A stretch of 64,000 bases of DNA from Gemmatimonadaceae bacterium (GCA_035538035.1 DATLLD010000109.1:2579-66578); one strand, 5' to 3'. Counted from the first letter of the stretch, positions 28,842 to 39,589 are shown. The notes: generated by a model not told the origin, from the letters alone. Made by a program: numbers and translations.

Positions 28842-30013
28842 TGCCGAACCTGAGCTGGCTGGCCCCTCTCCTCGTGCTGGGGCTGGTGATCTTCGTGCAC
28901 GAATTGGGGCACTTCCTCGCGGCCAAGTGGGCCGGCGTCTACGCGCCGCGCTTCTCGCTCGGCTGGGGCAAGCCGCTCTGGAGCTTCCGCCGCGGCGAGA
29001 CGGAGTACGCGCTCTCGGCGCTGCCCATCGGCGGCTATGTGCGCATGGCCTCCAAGGAGGACGAGACCGCCAGCGTGCTTGAGGGCGGCAGCGAGGGCGA
29101 CATCTCGCCCGAGGGCCGTTCCAAGCACTGGGACGAGCAGTCGATGATCCCGCACGGGCCGCTGCCGATCCCGCCCGACCGCTGGTTCGAGTCCAAGCCG
29201 CTCTACAAGCGGCTCGTGATCATGTTGGCGGGCGTCTTCATGAACGTCGTCCTCGCGCTCATCGTCTCCATCGGCGTGTTCGCCTGGTACGGCAAGGGGT
29301 ACCTGCCGGCCGTCGTGGACACGGTGGTGGCGGACAAGCCGGCCGCTCTCGCGGGGATGCAGGTCGGCGACAGCATCGTGGTCGCCGACGGCCGCGCCGT
29401 CACCAAGTGGGATGACGTGCTGGAGATCGTCTCCGCGGCCCCGGAGCGGCAGATCGCGGTGGAGGTCGTCCGTGGGGACGAGCGCCAGACGCTGTTGATC
29501 ACGCCGGAGGCGCAGGACGTGCCCGTGCCGCCCATCGGCGAGACCCAGCGCGTCGGGCGTATCGGCGTTGGTCCGCGGGCGACCGTCGCACGCGAGGACG
29601 TTGGCCTGGGCGAGGCCACGGTGGCCGGCTGGGACGCCACCTGGAACATGGCCGGCAGCGTGCTCAACGTGCTCGGCGGACTCTTCCGGGGCAGCGTCTC
29701 GGTGACGCAGCTGGGTGGACCGCTGGAGATCGCTCGGTCGAGCGTGGTGGCAGCCGAGTCGGGACTCGAGAACGTCTGGGCGCTGATCGCATTCCTGAGC
29801 ATCAACCTGGCCGTCTTGAACCTGCTGCCGATCCCGTTGCTGGACGGCGGCCAGATCCTGCTTCAGCTGGTGGAAGGTGCCTGGCGCCGGCCGCTGCCGG
29901 CGATGGTGAAGGAGTGGTACGCGCGCATCGGGCTCTTCGCGATCCTGCTGTTGTTCGTGACCGTGACGTTCAACGACCTGAAGCGGTTGATCACGGGGTG
30001 GTTCGGAGGGTGA
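28841..30013 (+). CDS. rseP: RIP metalloprotease RseP (M50, PDZ)
   Basis: Motifs HELGH and NLLPIPLLDGG. Located after dxr. Confidence 0.95.
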   Translation: MPNLSWLAPLLVLGLVIFVHELGHFLAAKWAGVYAPRFSLGWGKPLWSFRRGETEYALSALPIGGYVRMASKEDETASVLEGGSEGDISPEGRSKHWDEQSMIPHGPLPIPPDRWFESKPLYKRLVIMLAGVFMNVVLALIVSIGVFAWYGKGYLPAVVDTVVADKPAALAGMQVGDSIVVADGRAVTKWDDVLEIVSAAPERQIAVEVVRGDERQTLLITPEAQDVPVPPIGETQRVGRIGVGPRATVAREDVGLGEATVAGWDATWNMAGSVLNVLGGLFRGSVSVTQLGGPLEIARSSVVAAESGLENVWALIAFLSINLAVLNLLPIPLLDGGQILLQLVEGAWRRPLPAMVKEWYARIGLFAILLLFVTVTFNDLKRLITGWFGG

Positions 30014-31544
30014 GGTCGGCGCGCGCGCGAGCCTGCTCCATCGGTACGCGCAGCGCCAGCTTGTTCGACCGTCGATCGCCCTTCGTGGCCTGCAGGGTCA
30101 CGAGCTGCTGGCGGGGCGTGTCGCAGAGGGCGTAGAAGCCGTCTTCCGCCGTCACCGCCGACCGGGCGCGATCGATCCAGCTCCAGGTCGCGCCCACGAG
30201 CTTGAAGTTCTCCTTCCAGGTCGCGTTCACGGTCGCGCCCTCCACGCGAGTGGAGGGCGCCTCGGACACGACGCCGTAGATCGTCGCGCGAGGCTCCGGT
30301 GCCGCCGAGCGCGCCGCCAATCGCTCGATCTCGTCCGCGCATCGCCCGAGCGCGCTGACCGTGTCGGAGAGGAATTCGGCGTCGGCGCCGGTCGCGGCCC
30401 TGACGCCAAGGTCAACTGCGCGCAGCGAGTCGTCGAGCGCCGTCGCGCCGACGTAGACCGGCGACTCTCCACGACTGATCGAGAGCACGTCGCCGCGGGT
30501 GCGCTGGATGGCTTCCACGACGAGCGTCGGCTGCGCGACCGGGAGCCCGAGCGCCGTGCGATCGCTGCCGCCCCGCAGGGCGGTGCGGGGCATCCGGATC
30601 TCCCACGCGCTCTCGAACACCATGCCGTCGTCGAGCCGCGTGAAGGCCACATTGCCGCCGAGCCCGAGCCGGTCGAGTGGGGAGGGCAGGCCGACGTATT
30701 CGTACTCGAGCAGTTGCAGCTCGAGGCTCGCACGCTCGATCCAGAGCGTGCCGCGAATGCGGATGATGTCCCGCTGCGCGCGGCCCACCGGGCGGAAGTT
30801 GAGTCCGATCATGCCGGCACGAGCGCCGCGGCCCTCGGCCACCTGCAGGCAGTGCGTCGCCGCGAAGCTCTCGGACAGGATCACCGCGGCGTCCGGCGCG
30901 CGATACACGGTGAAATCGCCCTCTGGTGAGACGTAGCCGACGACGGCGAGCAGTCCGGGCGGCAGGCTGCGGAACGGCTTTGCCGTGAGGCCGGAGCGCA
31001 CGCGCCGGCGCGGTGGACCGAGGCTCTCGCCAGAGAGGTCGGTCAGCTGGTCCGATACCACCACGCGAACCGCCGCCGGCCCGTCCGGCGAAGTGAGCAG
31101 GGAGGCGAGCAGCGTCTTCCGGGTCTCTTCGAAGAGATCGGCCACCTGCACTCCGGCACCGGCCACCAGCTCGCAGCGGGCGGCGGCCCGGGTCGTGACG
31201 GCGGTCAGGACGATCGGGGCGTCGGCCAGCCGGAAGTCGGTCACCCGGCGCTCGCCCTCTGCGAGATGGACGGTGCCGAGGAAGGTGGGTCGATGCCCGA
31301 TCCGCAGCGCGCGCAGGCGCACCTCGCGGGCGGGGAGTCGTACGACGAAGCGGCCGTCGGGGGCCGTGATGGAGCGGGAGAGCACGCTGTCTCCCCTGGG
31401 CGACTCGACCACCAGGATCACGCCGCCGGCCGGCGAGGCCCCGTCGCGGAGCGTCAGGACCCCGGATAGCTGTTGCGCGCCCGCCGCGCGGCCCACTGCG
31501 GCCGACGAAATGGCGAGAACGAGGGCCGGCAGGAGGCGTCGCAT
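29991..31544 (-). CDS. secreted hypothetical protein with carboxypeptidase-regulatory-like domains at both ends
   Basis: Signal peptide, then TAPDGRF..LRALRIG and a C-terminal [10 protein letters not shown] beta-sandwich pattern. Confidence 0.7.
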   Translation of the reverse strand: MRRLLPALVLAISSAAVGRAAGAQQLSGVLTLRDGASPAGGVILVVESPRGDSVLSRSITAPDGRFVVRLPAREVRLRALRIGHRPTFLGTVHLAEGERRVTDFRLADAPIVLTAVTTRAAARCELVAGAGVQVADLFEETRKTLLASLLTSPDGPAAVRVVVSDQLTDLSGESLGPPRRRVRSGLTAKPFRSLPPGLLAVVGYVSPEGDFTVYRAPDAAVILSESFAATHCLQVAEGRGARAGMIGLNFRPVGRAQRDIIRIRGTLWIERASLELQLLEYEYVGLPSPLDRLGLGGNVAFTRLDDGMVFESAWEIRMPRTALRGGSDRTALGLPVAQPTLVVEAIQRTRGDVLSISRGESPVYVGATALDDSLRAVDLGVRAATGADAEFLSDTVSALGRCADEIERLAARSAAPEPRATIYGVVSEAPSTRVEGATVNATWKENFKLVGATWSWIDRARSAVTAEDGFYALCDTPRQQLVTLQATKGDRRSNKLALRVPMEQARARADLTLRTTP

Positions 31545-31579
31545 AGGGCCGTCCGCGGTGGGGAAAGGGTGGTCAACCC

Positions 31580-31608
31580 TTTACAGGTGGGTTTTTGCCG
31601 CCTAAGTT
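31580..31608 (+). promoter_or_regulatory. sigma70-type promoter of rpsO-pnp
   Basis: TTTACA-N17-TAAGTT. Confidence 0.6.
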
Positions 31609-31670
31609 ATCGTGCTACAACGGAATCGGCATTTCAAACGCACTGCGCACCGCAGGCAAGGACTTCAGGG

Positions 31671-31931
31671 ATGGCGTTCGTCAAATCGGCGGCGATCGAG
31701 AATCATCGCCAACACGAGACCGACACGGGCTCGTCACAGGTGCAGGTCGCGGTACTCACTGAGCGTATCAATTACCTCACGGAGCACTTCCGCACCCACA
31801 AGAAGGACCACCACGGACGCCGTGGTCTCCTCCGCATGGTCAGCCAGCGCCGTCGGCACCTCGATTACCTGAAGCGGACCAGCATCGACGCGTACCGCAA
31901 GATCATCGCCGACCTCGGCCTGCGCTACTAG
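31671..31931 (+). CDS. rpsO: 30S ribosomal protein S15
   Basis: Motifs [13 protein letters not shown] and [12 protein letters not shown]. Confidence 0.98.
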   Translation: MAFVKSAAIENHRQHETDTGSSQVQVAVLTERINYLTEHFRTHKKDHHGRRGLLRMVSQRRRHLDYLKRTSIDAYRKIIADLGLRY

Positions 31932-32007
31932 CGCTTAACCTCACACGAGCGCGCGACCGCACTGAAGCGGATCGCGCGCTTCGTGTACCAGCATTGAGAA
32001 CACACAA

Positions 32008-34251
32008 ATGATGCATCGTATCGAGCGGACCTTCGCCGGTCGCCCCCTCTCCATCGAGACTGGGCGGATGGCGAAGCAGGCCGCTGGCTCTGCGCTCGTG
32101 ACCTTCGGCGAGACCATGGTCCTCGCCGCCGTCACCGTCAGCGACAAGAAGAGCACGCTGCCCTTCTTCCCGCTCCTCGTCGAATACCGCGAGAAGACCT
32201 ACGCCGCCGGCAAGATCCCGGGCGGTTTCATCAAGCGCGAAGGGCGCCCGCGCGACGAGGAGATCCTCTCGGCGCGCATCATCGACCGCTCCATCCGGCC
32301 GCTCTTCCCGGAAGGCTTCCAGAACGAAGTCCAGGTCTACCTGTACATCATCTCGGCCGACCAGGAGAATGACGCCGACGTGCTCGGCCTCATCGCCGCG
32401 TCGTTCGCGCTCAACGCGTCCAAGATCCCGTTCGCCGGCCCGATCGCCGGCGTGCGCGTCGGCCGCGTCGACGGCAAGTGGCTGCTCAACCCGACCTTCC
32501 AGGCGCTGACGGTCAGCGACATGGACGTGGTCGTCGCCGGCTCCGAGGACTCGATCATGATGGTCGAGGGCGGAGCGCTCGAGGTGTCCGAGGAGGACAT
32601 CGTCGAGGGCCTGGGCATCGCCCAGCGCGGCATCAAGGAGCTCATCTCGATGCAGGAAGAGCTCCTCAAGAAGGTGAAGGTCGAGAAGATGGAGTGGACC
32701 AAGACCGAAGTGCCGGCCGACGTCCTCAAGACCGTCACCAAGTCCGCCAAGGCGAAGATCGAGACCGCGATCAACCAGAAGGACAAGGCGACGCGCGTGC
32801 AGGCGATCGCGGCCGTGAAGTCCGCGGTCAAGGAAGACCTCGCCGCCTCGCTGCTCCCGGAGCAGGTGCCGTTCGTCGGCAGCGTGCTCGACGACCTCGA
32901 GTACAACGCGCTGCGCGGCCAGGTGCTCGACACCGGCCTCCGCGTCGACGGCCGCAAGCCGACCGAGGTGCGCGACATCTCCGTCGACACGACGGTCCTC
33001 CCGCGCGCCCACGGCTCGGCGCTCTTCACGCGCGGCCAGACGCAGGCGCTCGTCGCCGCGACGCTCGGCACCGCGAACGACGTCCAGCGCCTCGACAGCA
33101 TCGACGAGGCGAAGGAAACCACCAAGTCGTTCATGCTGCACTACAACTTCCCGCCGTTCTCGACCGGTGAAGTGCGCCCGATGCGCGGCACCAGCCGTCG
33201 CGAGATCGGCCACGGCAACCTCGCCGAGCGCGCCATCCAGGCCGTGCTGCCGGCGTTCGAGGAGTTCCCGTACACCATCCGCATCGTCTCCGACGTGCTC
33301 GAGTCCAACGGCTCGTCGTCGATGGCGTCGGTCTGCGGCGGCTCGCTCGCCTGCTTCGACGCCGGCATCCCGCTCAAGGGCGCGGTCGCCGGTGTCGCGA
33401 TGGGCCTGATCAAGGAAGGCAAGAAGTACGCGATCCTCACGGACATCCTCGGCACCGAGGATGCGCTCGGCGACATGGACTTCAAGGTCGCGGGCACCAA
33501 GGCCGGCATCACGTCCATCCAGATGGACATCAAGATCCAGGGCCTGGACCTCAAGATCATGACCGAGGCGCTGGCGCAGGCGAAGATCGGCCGCATGCAC
33601 ATCCTCGGCGAGATGGACAAGGCGCTGCCGACGGTCCGCCCGGACTTGTCGCCCTATGCTCCGCGCATCGTGACGATGACGATCAACCCCGAGAAGATCG
33701 GCGATCTCATCGGCCCCAAGGGCAAGACGATCCGCGGCATCCAGGACGAGACCGGCGCGGAGCTCAGCGTCGACGACTCCGGCCTGGTCACCATCGCCGC
33801 CGTCGGTGGCGAGGCGATGGAGCGCGCGCGCCAGATGGTGCAGGCGATCACGGCCGAGCCGGTCGTCGGCGAAACGTACGTCGGCACGGTCAAGAGCGTG
33901 ACCGCGTTCGGCGCGTTCGTCGAGATCATGCCGGGCACCGAGGCCCTCCTCCACGTCTCCGAGATGCGCCACACGCGCGTCGAGAAGCCCGAGGACGTCG
34001 TCAAGAAGGGCGAGCAGGTGACGGTGAAGCTCGTCGAGCGTGACGAGCGTGGCCGCCTCCGTCTCTCGATGAAGGCGCTGCTGCCGAAGCCGGAAGGCGC
34101 GGCGGTGGCCGAGGGCGCCGGCAACGGCGAAGGCGGCGAGTCCGCGAGCTATGCCGCGGCCGGCGAGTCGTCCGGTGATCGTCCGCGCGGCGACCGCCCG
34201 CGGGGTGATCGTCCTCGCGGCGGCGGCCGTGGAGGCCGTTCGCGCGAGTGA
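32008..34251 (+). CDS. pnp: polyribonucleotide nucleotidyltransferase
   Basis: Motifs GKIPGGFIKREG, RREIGHG, ESNGSSSMAS and GDMDFKVAG, plus KH and S1 domains. Confidence 0.98.
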   Translation: MMHRIERTFAGRPLSIETGRMAKQAAGSALVTFGETMVLAAVTVSDKKSTLPFFPLLVEYREKTYAAGKIPGGFIKREGRPRDEEILSARIIDRSIRPLFPEGFQNEVQVYLYIISADQENDADVLGLIAASFALNASKIPFAGPIAGVRVGRVDGKWLLNPTFQALTVSDMDVVVAGSEDSIMMVEGGALEVSEEDIVEGLGIAQRGIKELISMQEELLKKVKVEKMEWTKTEVPADVLKTVTKSAKAKIETAINQKDKATRVQAIAAVKSAVKEDLAASLLPEQVPFVGSVLDDLEYNALRGQVLDTGLRVDGRKPTEVRDISVDTTVLPRAHGSALFTRGQTQALVAATLGTANDVQRLDSIDEAKETTKSFMLHYNFPPFSTGEVRPMRGTSRREIGHGNLAERAIQAVLPAFEEFPYTIRIVSDVLESNGSSSMASVCGGSLACFDAGIPLKGAVAGVAMGLIKEGKKYAILTDILGTEDALGDMDFKVAGTKAGITSIQMDIKIQGLDLKIMTEALAQAKIGRMHILGEMDKALPTVRPDLSPYAPRIVTMTINPEKIGDLIGPKGKTIRGIQDETGAELSVDDSGLVTIAAVGGEAMERARQMVQAITAEPVVGETYVGTVKSVTAFGAFVEIMPGTEALLHVSEMRHTRVEKPEDVVKKGEQVTVKLVERDERGRLRLSMKALLPKPEGAAVAEGAGNGEGGESASYAAAGESSGDRPRGDRPRGDRPRGGGRGGRSRE

Positions 34252-35537
34252 CGACCGACGCGTCCGTCGCCGGCGCCGTGCCTGCCCTCGAAGGGCGCGG
34301 CGTGCAGCGGACCGTCCTGCCGAATGGACTGACCGTACTCTCGGAGCATATGCCGGGAGTGCGGTCAGTCGCTATCGGGGCATGGGTTCGCGCCGCCTCC
34401 CTGCACGAGGCACCCGAGAAGATGGGTGTCTCGCACTTCCTCGAGCACATGGTGTTCAAGGGGTCCGAGCGGCGCAGCGCGCGTGAGCTGGCGCTCTCGC
34501 TCGAGTCGCTCGGCGGCGCGCTCGACGCATACACCGGTCGCGAGCACACATCCTTCCAGGCGCGTGTGCTCGACGAGCACCTGCCGCAGGCTGCCGACGT
34601 GCTCTTCGACCTGATGTTCCGGCCGGCGCTTCGCGATGCCGACCTGCAGCTCGAGCGTGGCGTGATCCTCGAGGAGATCTCGATGGTCGACGACACGCCC
34701 GACGACCTCGTGTTCGAGATCCACAACGAGGTGCTCTGGGGCGGACATCCGTTCGGCTACCAGATCCTCGGCACGCGCGAGACGGTCACCGCGCTCGAGG
34801 TGCAGGACCTGCGCGCGCTGCATGAGCGCGCGTACCGCCCTTCGCAGGTGGTGGTGGCGGCCGCCGGCAACGTCACGCACGAGCAGCTGCTCGACGTGCT
34901 GGCGGCGACCGGTTGGCTCGCGCTGCCTGCGGGCGACCCGACACGACTGATCGTGCCGGCCGCCGTGCCCGCGCCGCCGACGGACCGTTTCGTCGAGCGT
35001 GACTCCCAGCAGATGCACCTCGTGTTCGGCAACGCAGTCGTGCCCTACGGCGACGCGCGCCGGCATCCGCTGATGCTGGTCAACACGCTCTTGGGCGGCG
35101 GCATGAGCTCGCGGCTCTTCCAGCGCGTGCGCGAGGAGCTCGGCCTCGCCTACTCGGTGCATTCGTTCCAGAGCTTCAGCGTGACCGCGGGCTCGCAGGG
35201 CATCTACGTCGGCTGCGCGCCCGAGCGCGCGGACGAAGCGGTGCGTGCCGTCAACGCCGAGCTGATGAAGATCGTCGAGGATGGCATCCCGGACGATGAG
35301 CTGGCGATGGGCAAGCAGCAGTTGAAGGGACAGATCACGCTCTCGATGGAGAGCGTGACCTCGCGCATGTATCGCGCCGCGGCGGTGGATCTCTACGACG
35401 AGCCCTACCGCCCGCTTGACGAAGTCCTCGCTCGCGTCGACGCCATCACCACTGGAGAAGTGCGCGCCGTTTGCCGAGACTTCTACGCGCCGGCCGGCCA
35501 GACGCTCGTGCGCCTGGGGCCGGCAGTTAGGACGTGA
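34248..35537 (+). CDS. M16 family zinc peptidase
   Basis: Inverted zinc motif HFLEH and LGGGMSSRLFQRVRE. Commonly adjacent to pnp. Confidence 0.93.
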   Translation: MTTDASVAGAVPALEGRGVQRTVLPNGLTVLSEHMPGVRSVAIGAWVRAASLHEAPEKMGVSHFLEHMVFKGSERRSARELALSLESLGGALDAYTGREHTSFQARVLDEHLPQAADVLFDLMFRPALRDADLQLERGVILEEISMVDDTPDDLVFEIHNEVLWGGHPFGYQILGTRETVTALEVQDLRALHERAYRPSQVVVAAAGNVTHEQLLDVLAATGWLALPAGDPTRLIVPAAVPAPPTDRFVERDSQQMHLVFGNAVVPYGDARRHPLMLVNTLLGGGMSSRLFQRVREELGLAYSVHSFQSFSVTAGSQGIYVGCAPERADEAVRAVNAELMKIVEDGIPDDELAMGKQQLKGQITLSMESVTSRMYRAAAVDLYDEPYRPLDEVLARVDAITTGEVRAVCRDFYAPAGQTLVRLGPAVRT

Positions 35538-35630
35538 GGGAGCAGCGTGCGGGTGTCAGGTGGGGCAGGTAACCGCCGCCCCTCGCATCGCCGTTCCCCT
35601 CACCTACAACCTCCCACCTGACATCTTGAA

Positions 35631-36746
35631 ATGAAGATCGGCATTCCGAAGGAAATCAAGACGAACGAGAACCGCGTCTCCCTCGTCCCCGCGGGCGCCG
35701 AGGCGTTCGTGTCGGCCGGACACCAGGTGTTCGTCGAGAAGGGCGCCGGTGAAGGAAGCGGCTTCTCCGACGACCAGTATACCGCCGTCGGCGCCAAGAT
35801 CCTCCCGACCGCCGACGCGGTCTGGAAGGAAGGCGACATGATCCTCAAGGTGAAGGAGCCGATCGCCGTCGAGTGGCCGCGCCTGCGCAAGGGCCAGGTG
35901 ATCTTCACCTACTTCCACTTCGCCGCCGACGAGAAGCTGACGCGCGCGCACATGGATGCCGGCGCCGTCTGCATCGCGTATGAGACGGTGGAGCTGCCGG
36001 GCCACGAGCTGCCGCTGCTGACGCCGATGTCCGAGGTCGCCGGCCGCATGGCGGTGCAGGAAGGCGCGAAGTACCTGGAGAAGCTGTTCGGCGGCGCGGG
36101 CGTGCTGCTCGGCGGCGTCCCGGGCGTGCCGCCCGGCAAGGTCGTGATCCTCGGCGGCGGCGTCGTCGGCGTGAACGCGGCGAAGATGGCCGCCGGCCTC
36201 GGCGCCAAGGTGACCATCATGGACACCTCGCTCCCGCGCCTGCGCTATCTCTCCGACGTGATGCCGGCGAACGTGCAGATGGTCTTCTCGAACCGCCAGA
36301 ACATCCTCGAGCAGATCACGACCGCGGACCTCGTCGTCGGTGGCGTGCTGCTGCCGGGCGCCAAGGCGCCGAAGCTGATCCGCCGCGAGGACCTCAAGCT
36401 CATGAAGCAGGGCGCGGTGATCGTGGACGTCGCGGTGGACCAGGGCGGCTGCGTGGAGACGACCAAGGCCACGACGCACGAGAACCCGGTCTTCACGGTC
36501 GACGGCGTGATCCATTATTGCGTGGCCAACATGCCGGGCGGCGTGCCGCGCACGTCGACGCTGGCGCTCACCAACGCGACCTTCCCGTACGCGTTCAAGC
36601 TGGCGAACAAGGGCTGGAAGCAGGCGCTGCGCGACGACCCGGCCCTGCTGAAGGGCCTCAACGTGGTCGACGGCAAGGTGTGCTACGCCGGCGTCGCGGA
36701 GGCGTTCGGGATGGACTTCGTGGAGCCTGAGCAGTTCGTCAAGTAG
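35631..36746 (+). CDS. ald: alanine dehydrogenase
   Basis: Motifs MKIGIPKEIK..ENRV, PMSEVAGR, DVAVDQGGC and NMPGGVPRTST. Confidence 0.97.
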   Translation: MKIGIPKEIKTNENRVSLVPAGAEAFVSAGHQVFVEKGAGEGSGFSDDQYTAVGAKILPTADAVWKEGDMILKVKEPIAVEWPRLRKGQVIFTYFHFAADEKLTRAHMDAGAVCIAYETVELPGHELPLLTPMSEVAGRMAVQEGAKYLEKLFGGAGVLLGGVPGVPPGKVVILGGGVVGVNAAKMAAGLGAKVTIMDTSLPRLRYLSDVMPANVQMVFSNRQNILEQITTADLVVGGVLLPGAKAPKLIRREDLKLMKQGAVIVDVAVDQGGCVETTKATTHENPVFTVDGVIHYCVANMPGGVPRTSTLALTNATFPYAFKLANKGWKQALRDDPALLKGLNVVDGKVCYAGVAEAFGMDFVEPEQFVK

Positions 36747-36765
36747 GCGAAAGCGGGGCAGGTGT

Positions 36766-36800
36766 GAGGGGCGCGGCCGAAAGGCCGCGCCCCTCTTGCT
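36766..36800 (+). terminator. hairpin / probable terminator after ald
   Basis: Perfect 13-bp stem GAGGGGCGCGGCC-GAAA-GGCCGCGCCCCTC, followed by TTGCTT. Confidence 0.7.
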
Positions 36801-37039
36801 TCGTGCACCCTGCGGCCTGCCAGCGAATCACTATCTGATGCCGCACGGATCATTTCGCTCATTCGCCGCACTTCGGTGTATGAGCCGCGACCGCTTGTCG
36901 ACCGCGCGCCGCGCCGGTCGCCTCCCACATCTCCCCTCGGACCGTGTTACGGGCTAGCTTCCTCTCTCGCGAGAGAGCCCGTTGCGTACGAGTGTCCTCA
37001 GCCGTCTATCCATCCCAGACGAGCGAGAAACCATAGATC

Positions 37040-38077
37040 ATGCGTTGGCCGTTCTTCAAGAAAGGTGGATTCCTCGCGGCGAACGCCATCGCCGTCGACC
37101 TCGGGACGGCGAACACGCTGATCTACGTGAAGGGTGAGGGCATCGTCCTCAACGAACCTTCCGTCGTGGCGATCGATCGCGAGTCCAAGCGCATCAAGGG
37201 CGTCGGCCTCGAGGCCAAGCGCATGCTGGGCCGCACGCCGGAGGGCGTGCTCGCCGTGCGACCGATGAAGGACGGCGTCATCGCCGACTTCGACGTGACC
37301 GAGAAGATGCTGCGCTTCTTCCTCGAGCTCATCATCAAGAACCACATCTTCCAGGTGAAGCCGCGCGTGATCGTCTGCGTGCCGAGCGGCATCACCGAGG
37401 TGGAGCGCCGCGCGGTGCGCGACTCCGCGCTCGGCGCCGGCGCCAAGGAAGTGTTCATGGTCGCCGAGCCGATGGCCGCGGCCATCGGCGTCGGCCTCCC
37501 GGTCGAGACGCCCACCGGCAACATGGTCATCGACATCGGCGGCGGCACCACGGAGATCGCGGTCATCGCGCTCAGCGGCCTCGTCTCCGACACGTCGATC
37601 CGTATCGGCGGCGACGAGCTCGACGCCGGCATCGTGCAGTTCATGCGCAAGAGCTACAACCTGCTGATCGGCGAGCCGACGGCCGAGCAGATCAAAATCC
37701 AGATCGGCTCCGCCGCGCCGATGGGCGAGGAGCGCGAGATGGAGGTCAAGGGCCGCGACCTCGTCTCGGGCATCCCGAAGACGGTGCGCGTGCACAGCGC
37801 CGAGATCCGCGAGGCCATCCAGGAGCCGATCCAGCAGATCGTCAACGCCGTGCGCCGGGCGCTCGAGATCACGCCGCCCGAGCTCGCCTCGGACATCGTC
37901 GACCGCGGCATCGTCATGACCGGAGGCGGCGCGCTGATCCGCGGGCTCGACGTCCTGCTCACGCAGGAGACCGGCTTGCCGATCCACGTCGACGAGGACC
38001 CGCTGACCTGCGTGGTGCGCGGCTGCGGGCGCATCCTCGATGACGAGGAGAAGTACTGGTCCGTGCTGAGCACCTGA
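37040..38077 (+). CDS. mreB: rod shape-determining protein MreB
   Basis: Motifs [24 protein letters not shown] and MTGGGAL. Confidence 0.98.
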   Translation: MRWPFFKKGGFLAANAIAVDLGTANTLIYVKGEGIVLNEPSVVAIDRESKRIKGVGLEAKRMLGRTPEGVLAVRPMKDGVIADFDVTEKMLRFFLELIIKNHIFQVKPRVIVCVPSGITEVERRAVRDSALGAGAKEVFMVAEPMAAAIGVGLPVETPTGNMVIDIGGGTTEIAVIALSGLVSDTSIRIGGDELDAGIVQFMRKSYNLLIGEPTAEQIKIQIGSAAPMGEEREMEVKGRDLVSGIPKTVRVHSAEIREAIQEPIQQIVNAVRRALEITPPELASDIVDRGIVMTGGGALIRGLDVLLTQETGLPIHVDEDPLTCVVRGCGRILDDEEKYWSVLST

Positions 38078-38090
38078 GGCCGCGCCTCGC

Positions 38091-39104
38091 GTGCCTCGCG
38101 GTGCCAGGACTGACACGAGGGCGGACGTCGCCGTCGCGGTGGCCTGTGTCGTGCTCGCCCTCGTCCTGCTGATCCTTCCCGCCACGCCGCGCGACCGCGT
38201 GGCGGGCGTCGTCCGTGGCAACCTCGTCGGGCCGCTCGTCGCCATGCAGCACCGCGCCTCGCTGGCGCGCCGTTCCTTCGCGAACAACGACAGCATCGCC
38301 CGCACCGCCGACAGCGTCGTCATGCGCTCGCAGCGCCTCGACGCGCTCGAGGCCGAGAACGCCCGGCTGCGCAGCCTGCTCGGCCTGGGCCGCGCGCTGC
38401 GGTGGGGCTTCATCCCGGCCGAGGCCATCGTGGGGCGGGGCATGGGTGACGACCACTCGTTCATGCTGACGGCGGGCTCGCGCGCCGGCGTCGAGCGCTT
38501 CAGCGCCGTCGTCGCGGCCGACGGGCTGGTGGGCATGGTCACGCAGGTCGACGAGCGCACCAGCGTCGCGATCAGCTGGCCGCACCCGGACTTCCGCGTG
38601 AGCGCGACGACGGCCGACGGCGGGGCCTTCGGCATCGTCTCCGCCCACCTGGGCAGCGGCGCCGAGCGCTACCTGCTCGAGCTGCACGGCGTGCCGTTCC
38701 GGGCGGAGCTCGCGCCCGGCACGCCGATCGTCAGCTCCGGGCTCGGCGGCGTCTTCCCGCGCGGCGTGTTCATCGGCACGGTGCTCGAGGAGATGGGTAC
38801 GACGACGGGGTGGTCCCGGTCATATCTCGTGCGGCCGGCGGTGCGGCCCGCGGAGGTCACGCAGGTGATGGTGCTGCAGCCGGAGCGCAATGCCGAGGGC
38901 GTGGCCAGCGTCTGGTCCGCTGCCAACTCGCCGACGCGCAGGGTGATCGCGGCGGGAGACAGCCTCGTGGCAGACTCGGTCGCCAAGGTCCGCGCGGATT
39001 CGCTGACGAGGGCGCGCGCGGAGTCGCTCGCGAAGGCGGCGGACTCCCTCCTGCGCGCGGACTCGCTCGCGCGCGCCCGCGGCGACACGGTGCCGCGCTC
39101 ATGA
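38091..39104 (+). CDS. mreC: rod shape-determining protein MreC
   Basis: N-terminal TM, ENARLRSLL coiled coil and SSGLGGVFPRG. Confidence 0.92.
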   Translation: MPRGARTDTRADVAVAVACVVLALVLLILPATPRDRVAGVVRGNLVGPLVAMQHRASLARRSFANNDSIARTADSVVMRSQRLDALEAENARLRSLLGLGRALRWGFIPAEAIVGRGMGDDHSFMLTAGSRAGVERFSAVVAADGLVGMVTQVDERTSVAISWPHPDFRVSATTADGGAFGIVSAHLGSGAERYLLELHGVPFRAELAPGTPIVSSGLGGVFPRGVFIGTVLEEMGTTTGWSRSYLVRPAVRPAEVTQVMVLQPERNAEGVASVWSAANSPTRRVIAAGDSLVADSVAKVRADSLTRARAESLAKAADSLLRADSLARARGDTVPRS

Positions 39105-39589
39105 TCAACGTCCGCTCCGCGTCCGTCACGGTCGTCATCGTGGTGCTGATCGCCCTGCAGTTCACGCTCCGTCCGCTGCTTGACTGGCGCGCCGGCATCG
39201 ACTTCCTGGTGATCGCGCTGCTCGTGCTCGCGGTGCGCACGCGGCCCGGCCTCGCGGCGCTCGCCGGCTTCACGATGGGACTGGTCTCCGATGCGATGTC
39301 GCCCGAGTCGCTCGGCGCGGGCGCGCTCGCGTTGACGGTGGTCGGCTTCACGGCGTCGCGGCTCAAGGCGGCGTTCTTCACCGACAACGTCGGCGTCAAC
39401 GTCGTCTTCGTCTTCCTCGGCAAGTGCGCCGCGGACATCATCTTCCTGCTCGCCGAACAGCGGCTTGGCGGGGGCGCGCTCCTCGCGCAACTGCTCATCT
39501 GGACTCCCCTGGGCGCCGCGCTGACGGCGCTCGTCGGCGTCTTCGTGCTGGCGCTGGTGCGCCCCACCCTCGAGCGACGGCGCACATGA
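39101..39589 (+). CDS. mreD: rod shape-determining protein MreD
   Basis: Hydrophobic 162 aa protein with GFTMGLVSD, between mreC and mrdA. Confidence 0.85.
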   Translation: MINVRSASVTVVIVVLIALQFTLRPLLDWRAGIDFLVIALLVLAVRTRPGLAALAGFTMGLVSDAMSPESLGAGALALTVVGFTASRLKAAFFTDNVGVNVVFVFLGKCAADIIFLLAEQRLGGGALLAQLLIWTPLGAALTALVGVFVLALVRPTLERRRT

